Below are positions 41,801 through 54,532 of a stretch of 64,000 nucleotides of DNA, one piece after another. The stretch is from Eledone cirrhosa (Eukaryota), in contig OZ024750.1 of the NCBI GenBank assembly GCA_964016885.1, positions 5,084,001-5,148,000 on the forward strand. The letters are read 5' to 3'. The notes beneath the pieces were generated by a model. The model was not told the origin of the DNA and made no database searches. It saw nothing but the letters and a program-made list of their open reading frames with translations. The first letter of the stretch is position 1; the number at the start of each line of letters is the position of its first letter. A program made the translations under genes and the position numbers.

Positions 41801-44800
41801 ATTATAAAGGATGATGTGCTCAAGTGCAGAAATGCTATAAAAATAGGGTGAAGACACTTAAAAGATGGAAAAAGAGGTTGCCACTGGTCGCTATGAGGAA
41901 TTTAGTTAATTTTAATGTTAACAGTTGCCAACATTTATACCTAAACACTAATATTGAGTTCTTTGGTTGACAACACTTGGCACATTTTTATTTATATTCC
42001 AATACAATCCAGGATAGGAGGCCAATTAACCCACATAGGTGTGAGCTGTAACAACATAATAGGACTGGGGTCCTTATCATTAAAACATTCAAGGAACCTC
42101 CTATGAGATACAACCATGTAGGAGGCCAGCTAACCCCACATAGGTGTGAGCTGTAACAACATGATAGGATTGGGGCCCCTATCATTAAAACACTCAAGAA
42201 ACCTATGAGATACAACATTGTAGGAGCCTGTAATAACAACAGTTAATTTTCTTTGTTTTCACTATCTCATTGATTATATGAGCTGAAATGTGTCTAATTC
42301 TTCACCAAAAGAAAAAGGAAATACTCACAACTCCATAGAAATTACTGTTAACCATTATTGGGGAACGACCCCGCAGATAAACATATTCTTCCCACCAATC
42401 AGAAACCTGGAAAGAAAACAAAAACCAAACTTAAAAAAATACCTCTCACATTTCCTTTCACCTAATGTCACTTAAAAAGATTTTTTTCTCTTTAACTGGT
42501 TTTCATGACTAAAACCAGTTAAAGAGTAAAAAAAAAAAAAAAAACTTTTTGGGTGCATTTTATCATGGCACCAGCACTAATACATTATGGAGTGTACTGG
42601 GTGCATTTTATCATGGCACCAGCACTAACACCTTTACAGAGTGTACTGGGTGCATTTTAGCATGGCACCAGCGCTAACACATTGCAGAATGTATTGGGTT
42701 AATTTTCTTGAGGCACCAGCACTACTGAGGTAGCCATATCATATTCCTGGTTAGACTGAAGATCTTTTCTACCCTATATTATCTCTTATTACCACGTCAT
42801 TTGATTGCTGATTGCCAATACTTCATCGAAAAAGAGAAGTCTTGTCCAGGCTATGCCAGCATAGAGAAATATTATGATGATGGTTATTATTAGTATTGCT
42901 TCTGTCTATTTAATATTAGAAACCTTATATTGATCAATAGATATAATCATGTCTCTTAGCAACAGAACATATCTAATTACATTCCTTAATTTTATTGCTG
43001 CTATGCTGAAGTTAAAAATATCATTGGTTTCTTGTAATATATTTCACTGTGAAGAAACATGACTCACTGGTTAAGTATTGGTGTCACAATTGTAAAGTCA
43101 TGGGTTCAATCCCAAATCTGGAGGTACAAAGGGCCATTATACACAGAAGGGTTTCACTGTGGAGACCTGGCCAGTCCTTGATGTTGTCAGACCAACTCTG
43201 ACAGTTAGAAGTCAGCATTGGTCTCTGTCATTAGTCATACACAGAAGGGTCACAGTGTTGTGACCTGTCCAGTCCTGATTTTGTCAGACCCAGATTTTCT
43301 TTGTCTGTCATCACTTCTTCACAGCCTCTTCAAATGTGCCCTGGAAAATAGTCTCGGACAGGACATCATTGTGGGATACACAATTGTATCAGGTGAGCTG
43401 TTTAGGGGATTCAAGCAGAGAAAATACTTTGATGGCTAGCATCTTAGAGATGAAAAGGTACATGGGCTCTCAGTTCCAGCTTTGACACTTTTCAGCTACA
43501 CCCTAGTACCTGCAGGCTAAACTTAGTAAATAGATAATCCCTGCCAAGAACTTTTAAAGACAACTGAAATGCTATGATGGACACAGAAAAAAAAAAAATT
43601 AAAATATATAAACTCAATAAAAACAAAATACATACATAATTTGATGCCCACCATGATTTGAGAACGAGGTACCGCTGTAATTTCCTAGCTATACCATCCT
43701 GGAATTCCATGGCTAGCTGTTCCATACTTGTGTAGTTCTCCTCGTCCAGTAATGGTTTTACAGAGCGAAGATACTGTGGAAGAAATAGAAGATCACATGC
43801 AGTCTTGCTCTCTACAGAATGTACTGAGTGCATTTTATTGTGGAACCAACACTAGGAAGATCGTCACATCTTTGACACAACAGAATGGTTCTCTCAATCT
43901 ATTGTTTTCCATGCATATATCATCATCATCATCATAAACATCATTGTTTTACATTGACAAAAGCCTTCCTTCATAAAGTACCAGTCTATGGATGGTGGCT
44001 TGATGCAATTATTAATACTCAGATGAAAAATTACTAGATGACAATTTAAAATCCAAGATGTAAATTTGAGGAAACTTGAAATTAGAAGGGGAGGAATGTG
44101 ACCTGGGTCTCAGAGAACCACTGGTATAGAGGTAGAAGATATACTCACACGTCTCATAGTGTCGTCAATGGAAGGAACTGATAATTTAGGCAAAGCGCCC
44201 TGAAAACTTGTCAGTAAAGGTTCCTGTCCTATAAACCTAAAACCTTTCACAAACATCTGAAATAGAGTTTAATACAACAAATAAAGTTTTCCTTCATAAA
44301 CACAATTTCAAAGATTTATTAGAAATATGGTAAGGAACGGATTAAACTGAACAAATACTAATGGTCTACTACTCTTTCAACAACAAGCAACATCAGTCAA
44401 CACCAAGCAACACCAAACACCAAGCAACACCAACTAACACCAAGCAACTCCAACTAACACCAAGCAACTCCAACTAACACCAAGCAACTCCAACTAACAC
44501 CAAGCAACTCCAACTAACACCAAGCAACTCCAACTAACACCAAGCAACTCCAACTAACACCAAGCAACTCCAACTAACACCAAGCAACTCCAACTAACAC
44601 CAAGCAACTCCAACTAACACCAAGCAACTCCAACTAACACCAAGCAACTTCAACTAACACCAAGCAACTCCAACTAACACCAGACAACTCCAACTAACAC
44701 CAGACAACTCCAACTAACACCAGACAACTCCAACTAACACCAGACAACTCCAACTAACACCAAGCAACTTCAACTAACACCAAGCAACTCCAACTAACAC

Positions 44801-47800
44801 CAAGCAACTTCAACTAACACCAAGCAACTTCAACTAACACCAAGCAACTCCAACTAACACCAGACAACTCCAACTAACACCAGACAACTCCAACTAACAC
44901 CAGACAACTCCAACTAACACCAGACAACTCCAACTAACACCAAGCAACTTCAACTAACACCAAGCAACTCCAACTAACACCAAGCAACTCCAACTAACAC
45001 CAAGCAACTCCAACTAACACCAAGTAACTCCAACTAACACCAAGCAACTCCAACTAACACCAAGCAACTCCAACTAACACCAGACAACTCCAACTAACAC
45101 CAGACAACTCCAACTAACACCAGACAACTCCAACTAACACCAGACAACTCCAACTAACACCAGACAACTCCGAGTAACATCAGACAACTCCGAGTAACAT
45201 CAGACAACTCCGAGTAACATCAGACAACTCCGAGTAACATCAGACAACTCCGAGTAACATCAGACAACTCCGAGTAACATCAGACAACTCCAAGTAACAT
45301 CAGACAACTCCAACTAACACCAGACAACTCCAACTAACACCAGACAACTCCGAGTAACATCAGACAACTCCGAGTAACATCAGACAACTCCAAGTAACAT
45401 CAGACAACTCCAAGTAACATCAGACAACTCCAAGTAACATCAGACAACTCCAAGTAACATCAGACAACTCCAAGTAACACCAGACAACTCCAAGTAACAC
45501 CAGACAACTCCAAGTAACATCAGACAACTCCAAGTAACACCAGACAACACCAAGCAACACCAGACAACACCAGACAACACCAAGCAACACCAGACAACAC
45601 CAAGCAACACCAAGCAACACCAGACAACACCAAGCAACACCAGACAACACCAAGCAACACCAAGCAACACCAGACAACACCAAGCAACACCAAGCAACAC
45701 CAAGCAACACCAAGCAACACCAAGCAACTATGTCCAGCTAATGGCACTACTTCTTCCTATGTAGGTCATCTAATAATATCTTTCTCCTCCTAATTAAATA
45801 CATTGACATTGTTTATCTCATTAAAACAATATCAATAACTTGGCTAATCAGTCGATAGTGATTATATTAAGTATCATTGCTCTACCTGTTCAAGGTAAGA
45901 TATTCCTAATTAACAATGTTTTATGTCTGTTATTCAGTGATATTAGTTATTACAGACACAGAGACAGAGGCACAGACACACAGACAGAGATACACAGACA
46001 CAGAGATAGAGATACAGACACATACACAGAGATAGACACAGACACATACACAGATATAGAGATAGACACAGACATATACAGACACATACACAGATATAGA
46101 CATACAGACATAGAGATACAGAAACACACACAGACATACATACACAGATATAGACACACAGACACACAAATATAGAGACATAGAAACACACACAGACATA
46201 GAGACACAGAGATAGACACAGACACACAGAAACACACACAGACATACATACACAGAGATAGACACACAGACACACACAGAGATAGACATACAAATACAGA
46301 GACACAGAAACACACACACAGACATAGAGATATCACTATACTACTGTCTTGAAAGAGAAAGGGATACATCGGGAAATGTAATCCTAGATACACAATGCCT
46401 TTGATCATAGATCTGCTCAGTGTGGGCTGACCTGGGACTAAACAACAACTGTCAAACTGCCACAGAGACATATACAGACATATACAGACACACACACATA
46501 CACAGAGACACACAGACACACACACACAGATTAGTAACAGGGAGAAATGAAAAGCAAGTTAAGCAGCCAGCTGTGGTACTTATTAGTATGTGTATGTGTG
46601 TGTGTGGTACTGTTTATTGTTGTATGTGTGTGTCAATAGGTATTAGGGGGAGGGGGGATCTGACCAAAACCTGTGTCAGGCTGCCACTTGACTTGCTAGA
46701 AATAGCAATCAAATGACACCCTACTGGAGCAGTTCCAAAAACTGTGGTTCACATAACCGTGGGAGTCCATGGGACTGTTGAATGGATAGCGGACCTTTCA
46801 GTCTGTGAGGAAAACTCATGAGGTTCTTGGTAGTGAAAATGTTGGGTACCACTACACTACTGATTTGAAAGAGAAAGGGACACATCAGGAAATGTAATCC
46901 TAGATACACAATGCCTTTGATCATAAATGTGCTCAGTGTGGGCTGATCTGGGGCTAAACAACAACTGTTAATTAGGAATAAGTTTCTACCTGGTCAACTG
47001 ACCTACAAGAAATTACAGCCATATTTCACACAAATCAAACCCAATTGCTTGAATAAAAGATGTGATAGTCATGGCTGGAATACCTTTGATGAAAGGTCTG
47101 CCAGTCTAGGGTGACCTGGGACTAAACAACACAATGTAGTTACTGTATATGCTCATGTAAAAGTTGACATTAGTTTTTCATAGGCAACAGATCAACATCT
47201 GTGAATCATCTATGTTCATCCTGAATATATTGTATATACTCGTATATAAGCTGAGAAATATGTAACAAAAAAAAAAAAAAAAATAATAATAAATTAATAG
47301 TAAAATGGGGGTTGGCTTATATTCAAGGTCAATATTTTGCTGATATTCACCAACTTCAAAATTCTACATAAATGAGGTGCTAAAATATTTTGGCTTTGGA
47401 GGTGAATATTACACTGGTTAAAACTCAATGCTTTTAAAACTAACAAATGGATAGAAGAAGATGTTATAAAGAGAGAATCTTACCAGCCAAATTTTGGTTT
47501 TCAAAGAGATTGGTCCCCTAGCTTCATAAATCCACCTCTGGTATGAGAAGAGAATCCTCAACATCATCCTGAGGGTAATTGTAAATACTCCACACACAAA
47601 AATACCGTACAATGTGCTACCGATAACATTAACTTCTTTGTTGTAAATGTGCATCCTGCAAAAAAAGTGATTTTTATCAATACATTATTTCAGTATCAAC
47701 AAAGTATAAAACAGTCATAAATGATATGTTTCCAAACTATATACAGTGTCAGCCACAGGTAGATATATCTCATGCATGGTCCCGTAACTCCTGAGGGAAT

Positions 47801-49021
47801 CGTGGTAACACCATATTGACATATTACTGTGCCTCTAACGTATTTTAAAACCTGGCAGAATCCAATCCTCTCCAGGTTTGAATACATCAGATTTCTTCCG
47901 GAAAAGAGTAGAGAGAGTGAGAGAATGGAAGTGATAAAGAGATATAGAGGAAGAATCAGCTCCTGTACTCAACAAAGGTTTTGACATAAAATTATGATGG
48001 AAGGTGTTTAGATAATTAATCCATGCCAGTTTGGAAAAAAAAGGATATATGATGACAATGATGATGATGATAACTACTATAAAATAAATTTTTGTAAGAT
48101 AGATCCAGGAGCAGTTTGGTATCAGACAAATTAATTTCAAAAGCATCAAAGAGATAAAAAAAAAGGCAAAATAAAACTGACTTACGTTGGGAAGAAATCA
48201 ACTATATCGTCTAAATAGGAGATCCTTGGGACCAAGTTTTTGGCCTTTACAGCAGCCACTATTGAGACAATAAAGCCAAGTCCTAAAGGGGTGACAGGGT
48301 AGATACCTGTACGGAATGTATTCTGAAATGGTAAAACAAAGGATCGTTATTTTCATGTTACATAAACAGTTTTAGGCAATGCCTTGACATAGTTGTCAGA
48401 ACATTGGATAGAATGTTTCATGGTATTTGTTCTATTTGTTCCAGTTCTCTGTATTCTGGGTTCAAATCCTGCCAAAGTAACTTAGCCTTTCAACCTTTCC
48501 AGGTTGATAACTAAAATACGAGTCTAATACTGGGGTTGATTCTTCCTTTATTTTTCTTTCTCGTCTTCACTGGAAGAAATTGGCTGTGTTCAGACCTGGA
48601 GAGAAGTGGTCCTTGTCAGTGATACATCATCACTACAGTACCCTGTAACTCAATCTGGAATTAAAGGCCCATGGGCATGAAGAGTACACATAAAGGGATA
48701 ACCCTTGTTTGGCTGGATACTATAAAGAAAGTTCTGTTCACCACTTAGAAAAATAAGTTGCTCTCCATAATCTACAATATACCTATCACAAACATCTACA
48801 TTATATATATATACACATATACATAATGTATATATATATATACACATATACATTATGTATATACATTATATATATATATATATATATATACATTATGTAT
48901 ATACATTATATATATACATTATGTATATACATTATATATATACATTATATATATACATTATATATATACATTATATATATACATTATATATATACATTAT
49001 ATATATACATTATATATATAC

Positions 49022-49058
<37 letters not shown>

Positions 49059-49641
49059 TATATATATATATACATTATTGGCTTAGTGAGTTCAATTCTC
49101 AGACCGGGTGATGTGTTGTTTCCTTGAGCAAGACACTTTATTTCACATTGCTCCAGTTTACTCAGCTGTAGAAATGAGATGATAGGGACCCCAGTCCCTA
49201 TCATTCCACTGCAAAGTGGTCGTGGAGGTGCCACGGCAAAAAAGCACCCAGCACTCACTGTAAATGAGGTTGGTGTTAGGAAGGGCATCCAGCTGTAGAA
49301 ATCAAGCCAGAATCAGTTCCCGTCCCACCCTTGCAAGCAGGGAAAAGCGGACGTAAAATGATGATGATGATGATATATATATATATATATATATTATACA
49401 TATACATTATGTATATACATTATATATATATATATTATACATATACATTATATATATATATATATTATACATATACATTATATATATATATATATTATAC
49501 ATATACATTATGTATATACATTATATATATATATACATATACATTATGTATATACATTATATATATATATATATATATATACATTATGTATATACATTAT
49601 ATATATATATATATATATATACATATACATTATGTATATAC

Positions 49642-49681
<40 letters not shown>

Positions 49682-49695
49682 CATTATGTATATAC

Positions 49696-49735
<40 letters not shown>

Positions 49736-51076
49736 CATTATGTATATACATTATATATATATATATATATATATGTATACATATACATTGTGTATATACA
49801 TTATATAATCATATATATATATATATATACATACATTATGTATATACATTATATAATCATATATATATATATACATACATTATGTATATACATTATATAA
49901 TCATATATATATATATATATATACATACATTATGTATATACATTATATAATCATATATATATATATACATACATTATGTATATACATTATATAATCATAT
50001 ATATATATATATATATACATACATTATGTATATACATTATATAATCATATATATATATATATACATATACATTATGTATATACATTATATAATCATATAT
50101 ATATATACATATACATTATGTATATACATTATATAATCATATATATATATATATATACATTATGTATATACATTATATAATCATATATATATATATATAT
50201 ATACATATACATTATATAATCATATATATATATATATACATATACATTATATAATCATATATATATATACATATACATTATGTATATACATTATATAATC
50301 ATATATATATATACATATACATTATGTATATACATTATATAATATATATATATATATACATATACATTATGTATATACATTATATAATATATATATATAT
50401 ATACATTATGTATATATACATTATATATATATATACATATACATTATGTATATACATTATATATATATATACATATACATTATGTATATACATTATATAT
50501 ATATATACATATACATTATGTATATACATTATATATATATATATACATATACATTATGTATATACATTATATATATATATATACATATACATTATGTATA
50601 TACATTATATATATATATATATACATATACATTATGTATATACATTATATATATATATATACATATACATTATGTATATACATTATATATATATATATAC
50701 ATATACATTATGTATATACATTATATATATATATATATATACATATACATTATGTATATACATTATATATATATATATATATACATATACATTATGTATA
50801 TACATTATATATATATATACATATACATTATGTATATACATTATATATATATATACATATACATTATGTATATACATTATATATATATATACATTATGTA
50901 TATACATTATATATATATATACATTATGTATATATATACATTATGTATATACATTATATATATATATACATTAATTATGTATATACATTATATATATATA
51001 TATATATATACATTATGTATATACATTATATATATATATATATATACATTATGTATATACATTTTATATATATATA

Positions 51077-51116
<40 letters not shown>

Positions 51117-51215
51117 TATGTATATACATTATATATATATATATATATACATTATGTATATACATTATATATATATATATATATACATTATGTATATACA
51201 TTTTATATATATATA

Positions 51216-51253
<38 letters not shown>

Positions 51254-51264
51254 TATGTATATAC

Positions 51265-51307
<43 letters not shown>

Positions 51308-51348
51308 TATGTATATACATTATATATATATATACATTATGTATATAC

Positions 51349-51410
<62 letters not shown>

Positions 51411-52976
51411 TGTTTTAGACATCACTGTTGACTATCATCATTCAGGTAATCTAATCATTATCTTCTGCTTTCCGTAGTGTATACCAACTTCCCTGCTTCA
51501 CTAGAACGAAAATGAAATTCATAGCTCACTCCGATGTAAATTTAGTTGGCTTCATATATGGTATCATCTCATAGGAGGTTTCTTGGGTGCTTTAATGATA
51601 GGGGCCTCAGTCTTATAATGAAAAGCAATGTGAAATGAAGTGTCTTGCTCAAGAACACATAACACTGCCCAATACCGGAATTGAAACCTATGATTGTGAG
51701 TCTAACAACCTAACCACTAGACCATATTCCGTCATACTACTTGACCGGTACTTATGTTATCTTAAATGTCAAATATTAGTGGCAAATTGTTATCAATATT
51801 ATAGATTATGGATTAACAAGTCATTTTATAGATCAAGACTATCTATAAATACATGCATTGCATAGTTTAACAAATTACATTTAACAAATTACATCTTCAT
51901 TTTTATGTCTGCTTTCTATGAATTGGATAGGACATCATGACCAAAGCCAGTTGTCATGCTCATATGTCTTAAATTTTGACAAGCTTTCGACAGCTGGATG
52001 ACCTTCCTAATGTCAATCCTTTAAAGAGTGTGATGGGTGCATTTTATTAATGCACCAGTACTTTACAGAGTGGAATGGATACATTTTATGGATGTGTTCA
52101 TATCATCATCATCATTTAAAGTCCACTTTCCACGCTAGTATGGGTATGCAAAAGGCAAACAAAAAATAATGCAAATGGTACAGTGCAATGAAGAAATATA
52201 TTAGTTTTACTCTTTATATAGGAAAAGAGTCTTGGCGTTTCAAACACTACTCCTTCATCAGAAAATAGAATGAGAAATTAAAGAAGAAATGGAAAGATAG
52301 AGGAGAATAGACAGTGGCAGAAATGACAGGTCTATTGAAGTCACCATCTCTAATGTATATGTGTAGCCCATGCTAGCATGGAAAATGGACGTTAAACAAT
52401 GATGATGATATATATATCATCATCATCACCATCATTTAACGTCTATCTTCCACGTTGCATGGGTTAGACGGGAATTGTCCCACTTGCGGCAAGATTGGTT
52501 GGGTGACCGTGTCTCGCTCGTATAGGACTATCTGGCAGGTTTTCTACGGCTGGATGCCCTTCCTAATACCAACCACACAGTGTGGACTGGGAGCTTTTTA
52601 CCGTGTTACCTACACAGCCACATTACAGTGTGGACTGTGTTTTTTTTGTTGTGACACCTACACGACCTCATTAGTTTGGACTGGATGTTGTGGTGCCAAC
52701 ATAACTTTACAGAGAAAGGGTGGTGTTGGTGGAAGTGGGGGGATGGAGTGGGGTAGTGGGTTGGGGTGATATATAAATATATATAAACAGATGAAGAAAC
52801 AACTTTAAACAGTTTAACCAAAGACGACATCTTACTTTGAATCTTCCTAATCGCTTCTTCCATGATGAAACGCCACTCTTGAAAATGTGACCTAGCACTT
52901 CTCTGTTAACATTAACATCAAGTCCTTCAGATGTGACACTGAAGGAGAACGCTACAGCTGAGTGAGCTTCGGCCAT
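27499..52976 (-). CDS. CPT1: Carnitine O-palmitoyltransferase 1 (CPT1), whole spliced CDS, about 769 aa
   Basis: Hand-assembled GT-AG exons with consistent phases: 52836-52976, 48186-48322, 47484-47655, 44149-44256, 43636-43773, 42329-42406, 41672-41779, 41126-41210, 40243-40357, 39239-39395, 38264-38311, 37792-37899, 36939-36964, [36311-36376 or 34574-34636], 33129-33213, 31837-32001, 30470-30604, 29917-30105, 29638-29715, 28801-28893, 27499-27576. Total 2310 nt with exon 14a. CPT1 hallmarks: [11 protein letters not shown]-terminus, two hydrophobic segments, [102 protein letters not shown]. Confidence 0.97.
27905..28365 (-). mobile_element. Decayed RTE-type LINE 3' fragments interrupted by a SINE piece
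   Basis: RWYSHVEH and RGPGRPKRT-like remnants. Confidence 0.55.
28801..28893 (-). CDS. CPT1: CPT1 exon 20 ([24 protein letters not shown]...)
   Basis: 93 nt, CAG acceptor, GTAAGT donor. Confidence 0.95.
29638..29715 (-). CDS. CPT1: CPT1 exon 19 (TPLQQT...SAGGGFGP)
   Basis: 78 nt, CAG acceptor, GTAAGT donor. Confidence 0.95.
29917..30105 (-). CDS. CPT1: CPT1 exon 18 (RTECEELL...[16 protein letters not shown]...WRLSTSQ)
   Basis: 189 nt, CAG acceptor, GTAAGT donor. Confidence 0.95.
30470..30604 (-). CDS. CPT1: CPT1 exon 17 ([28 protein letters not shown]...)
   Basis: 135 nt, CAG acceptor, GTATAA donor. Confidence 0.95.
30880..31200 (+). mobile_element. tRNA-derived SINE sharing head and core with family A but with a different tail
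   Basis: TAAGTGGTTAG...GAGTTCAATTC...TTGAGCAAGACAC core. Related partial copies at about 16190-16300 (+) and 51625-51727 (-). Confidence 0.65.
31607..31795 (-). mobile_element. SINE family B with target-site duplication
   Basis: ATGAATGTTATAAYAGTAAT on both sides. Confidence 0.85.
31837..32001 (-). CDS. CPT1: CPT1 exon 16 (CQEII...[16 protein letters not shown])
   Basis: 165 nt, TAG acceptor, GTAAGT donor. Confidence 0.95.
32914..33102 (-). mobile_element. SINE family B
   Basis: Consensus match. Confidence 0.85.
33129..33213 (-). CDS. CPT1: CPT1 exon 15 (YTDDGHTIG...[13 protein letters not shown])
   Basis: CAG acceptor, GTAAG donor, phase 2 to 0. Confidence 0.94.
34047..34232 (-). mobile_element. 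SINE family B
   Basis: Consensus match. Confidence 0.85.
34574..34636 (-). CDS. CPT1: CPT1 exon 14b ((W)[20 protein letters not shown](G)), alternative paralogous exon
   Basis: TTCTTCTAATAG acceptor, GTAATG donor, 63 nt, phase 2 to 2; shares DAPVxxHLWExI with exon 14a. Confidence 0.85.
34795..34948. repeat. 26-bp tandem repeat between CPT1 exons 14a and 14b
   Basis: AGGTAGGTAGAAAGTAGATTATTTAC, about 5 copies. Confidence 0.9.
35390..35861. repeat. 37-39 bp tandem repeat between CPT1 exons 14a and 14b
   Basis: GTTTAGAATAGGTACACTGTATCCCTGTATATATCCA, about 12 copies. Confidence 0.92.
36311..36376 (-). CDS. CPT1: CPT1 exon 14a ((W)[21 protein letters not shown](G)), alternative
   Basis: TTTCAG acceptor, GTATG donor, 66 nt, phase 2 to 2. 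Confidence 0.92.
36619..36850. mobile_element. TTAA-type MITE between CPT1 exons 13 and 14a
   Basis: TTAACCCTTTAC...AAATGCTAAAGGGTCAA, body shared with 4612-5193. Confidence 0.7.
36939..36964 (-). CDS. CPT1: CPT1 coding exon 13, 26-nt microexon with catalytic His (VGFNAEHS)
   Basis: TTTTAG|GTT GGT TTT AAT GCC GAA CAT TCT TG|GTAAGT; needed to bridge exon 12 (ends phase 0) to exon 14 (starts phase 2). Confidence 0.93.
37792..37899 (-). CDS. CPT1: CPT1 coding exon 12 (LNPSELN...[23 protein letters not shown])
   Basis: 108 nt, RWFDKS signature. Confidence 0.95.
38264..38311 (-). CDS. CPT1: CPT1 coding exon 11 ([16 protein letters not shown])
   Basis: 48 nt, CAG acceptor, GTAAGT donor. Confidence 0.93.
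39239..39395 (-). CDS. CPT1: CPT1 coding exon 10 (TLEKIV...[16 protein letters not shown]...SLDAIEK)
   Basis: TAG acceptor, GTCAGT donor, phase 2 to 0. Confidence 0.94.
40243..40357 (-). CDS. CPT1: CPT1 coding exon 9 ([21 protein letters not shown]...KEIE)
   Basis: CAG acceptor, GTAAGT donor, phase 1 to 2. Confidence 0.94.
41126..41210 (-). CDS. CPT1: CPT1 coding exon 8 ([28 protein letters not shown])
   Basis: TAG acceptor, GTGAG donor, phase 0 to 1. Confidence 0.95.
41672..41779 (-). CDS. CPT1: CPT1 coding exon 7 ([18 protein letters not shown]...ELKP)
   Basis: 108 nt, CAG acceptor, GTAAGT donor. Confidence 0.94.
42329..42406 (-). CDS. CPT1: CPT1 coding exon 6 ([26 protein letters not shown])
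   Basis: 78 nt, CAG acceptor, GTGAGT donor. Confidence 0.95.
43636..43773 (-). CDS. CPT1: CPT1 coding exon 5 (YLRSVKPLL...LKSWWASNY)
   Basis: 138 nt, CAG acceptor, GTATG donor. Confidence 0.95.
44149..44256 (-). CDS. CPT1: CPT1 coding exon 4 (MFVKGF...[20 protein letters not shown])
   Basis: Carnitine acyltransferase LPxLxVP signature; CAG acceptor, GTGAGT donor. Confidence 0.95.
44398..45728. repeat. 10/20-bp minisatellite (CAAGCAACTCCAACTAACAC and variants)
   Basis: Direct reading. Confidence 0.97.
45950..46530. repeat. Degenerate AC/AG/ACAG microsatellite
   Basis: Direct reading; interrupted at about 46330-46460. Confidence 0.9.
47484..47655 (-). CDS. CPT1: CPT1 coding exon 3 (MHIYNKEV...KTKIWL), TM2
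   Basis: 172 nt, phase 2 to 0, [13 protein letters not shown] motif. Confidence 0.92.
48186..48322 (-). CDS. CPT1: CPT1 coding exon 2 (NTFRTGIYP...DFFP), TM1
   Basis: CAG acceptor, GTAAG donor, phase 0 to 2. Confidence 0.9.
48798..51405. repeat. TA-rich satellite (ACATTATGTATATACATTA(TA)n), split by a SINE
   Basis: Direct reading. Confidence 0.97.
49079..49373 (+). mobile_element. SINE family A copy with a deleted head, inserted in a TA-rich array
   Basis: Very similar to 4298-4590; (GAT)n tail. Confidence 0.85.
52836..52976 (-). CDS. CPT1: CPT1 coding exon 1 ([10 protein letters not shown]...RLGRFK)
   Basis: ATG at 52976; acceptor at 53003-53004 gives 26 nt of 5' UTR in this exon; donor GTAAG. 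Confidence 0.95.
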
Positions 52977-53627
52977 CCTAACACTTTAGAAAATTTATAA
53001 ACCTGTAAAGAAATACACAAATATATTAACAGAATAATAAAAACTAAAAAAAAAAAAAAAGCATGAGGCTTAGTTGTTAGGGCGCACACACACACACACA
53101 CATTATATATATATATATATATATATATAACAAAAATAATAATTATAATGATTAAACGATTTATGTAACTTCAGCATTATTATTTTTGTTATTTTTATAA
53201 AAAATCTTCATCATAACTAAAAACTACGAATGTGGAGAGCTTTCTTCTACTTGGTCCTGTTTTTACCAAAACAATCTCTTTGGAACAATATATACATATA
53301 TATATATATATACATACATACATACATACATACAAGCAAGGAAGCACATATACAGACACACACACACACACTCATACATACATACATACATACAAGCAAG
53401 CAAGGAAGCACATATACACACACACACACTCATACATACATACATGAAATTGGTTCAATTGAGAGATAAGAGAGTACAAAGTGAGCCAAAAACAGAACTG
53501 AAATTTATCTTTACTAACGTAAATAGTTTCAGATAAGAAACAAGGTTTTAAGATGATAAACAAAAAAACTTAAACATTTCTGTTCTATGGAAATATTCCA
53601 GAGATTTTAAACTACTTTTACCCTTTT

Positions 53628-54532
53628 GATACCAATCCAGACAAAACCGGCTCAAGTCCTATGGAGATACCAATCCAGACAAAACCAGCTCAAGTCCTAT
53701 GGAGATACCAACCCAGACAAAACCGGCTCAAGTCCTATGGACATACCAGCCCAGACAAAACCAGCTCAAGTCCTATGTAGATACCAATCCAGACAAAACC
53801 AGCTCAAGTCCTATGGACATACCAGCCCAGACAAAACCAGCTCAAGTCCTATGGAGATACCAATCCAGACAAAACCAGCTCAAGTCCTATGGACATACCA
53901 ACCCAGACAAAACCAGCTCAAGTCCTATGGAGATACCAACCCAGACAAAACCGGCTCAAGTCCTATGGACATACCAACCCAGACAAAACCAGCTCAAGTC
54001 CTATGGAGATACCAACCCAGACAAAACCAGCTCAAGTCCTATGGACATACCAACCCAGACAAAACCGGCTCAAGTCCTATGGACATACCAACCCAGACAA
54101 AACCGGCTCAAGTCCTATGGACATACCAACCCAGACAAAACCGGCTCAAGTCCTATGGACATACCAACCCAGACAAAACCGGCTCAAGTCCTATGGACAT
54201 ACCAACCCAGACAAAACCGGCTCAAGTCCTATGGACATACCAACCCAGACAAAACCGGCTCAAGTCCTATGGACATACCGACCAAGACAGAACCAGCTCA
54301 AGTCCTATGAGATAGCAGCCCAGACAAAATCGACTCAAGTCCTATGAGATAGCAGCCCAGACAGAACCGGCTCAAGTCCTATGAGATAGCAGCCCAGACA
54401 GAACCGGCTCAAGTCCTATGAGATAGCAGCCCAGACAGAACCGGCTCAAGTCCTATGAGATAGCAGCCCAGACAGAACCGGCTCAAGTCCTATGAGATAG
54501 CAGCCCAGACAGAACCGGCTCAAGTCCTATGG
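53628..54532. repeat. 38-bp then 37-bp minisatellite (ATACCAACCCAGACAAAACCGGCTCAAGTCCTATGGAC)
   Basis: About 24 copies. Confidence 0.96.

Noticed and set aside
45420-46525. Cys/Val/Leu-rich ORFs
   Set aside because: Minisatellite and microsatellite translations.
48826-51477. Long YI-rich ORFs up to 343 aa
   Set aside because: Translations of TA satellite.
52225-52265. Hammerhead-like CTGATGA...GAAAC on the minus strand
   Set aside because: Stems I and II and the cleavage triplet cannot be formed convincingly; at most a decayed remnant.
53626-54347. ORFs of 150-230 aa in all three plus frames
   Set aside because: A 38-bp unit without stops cycles through the frames; antisense to a CPT1 intron.
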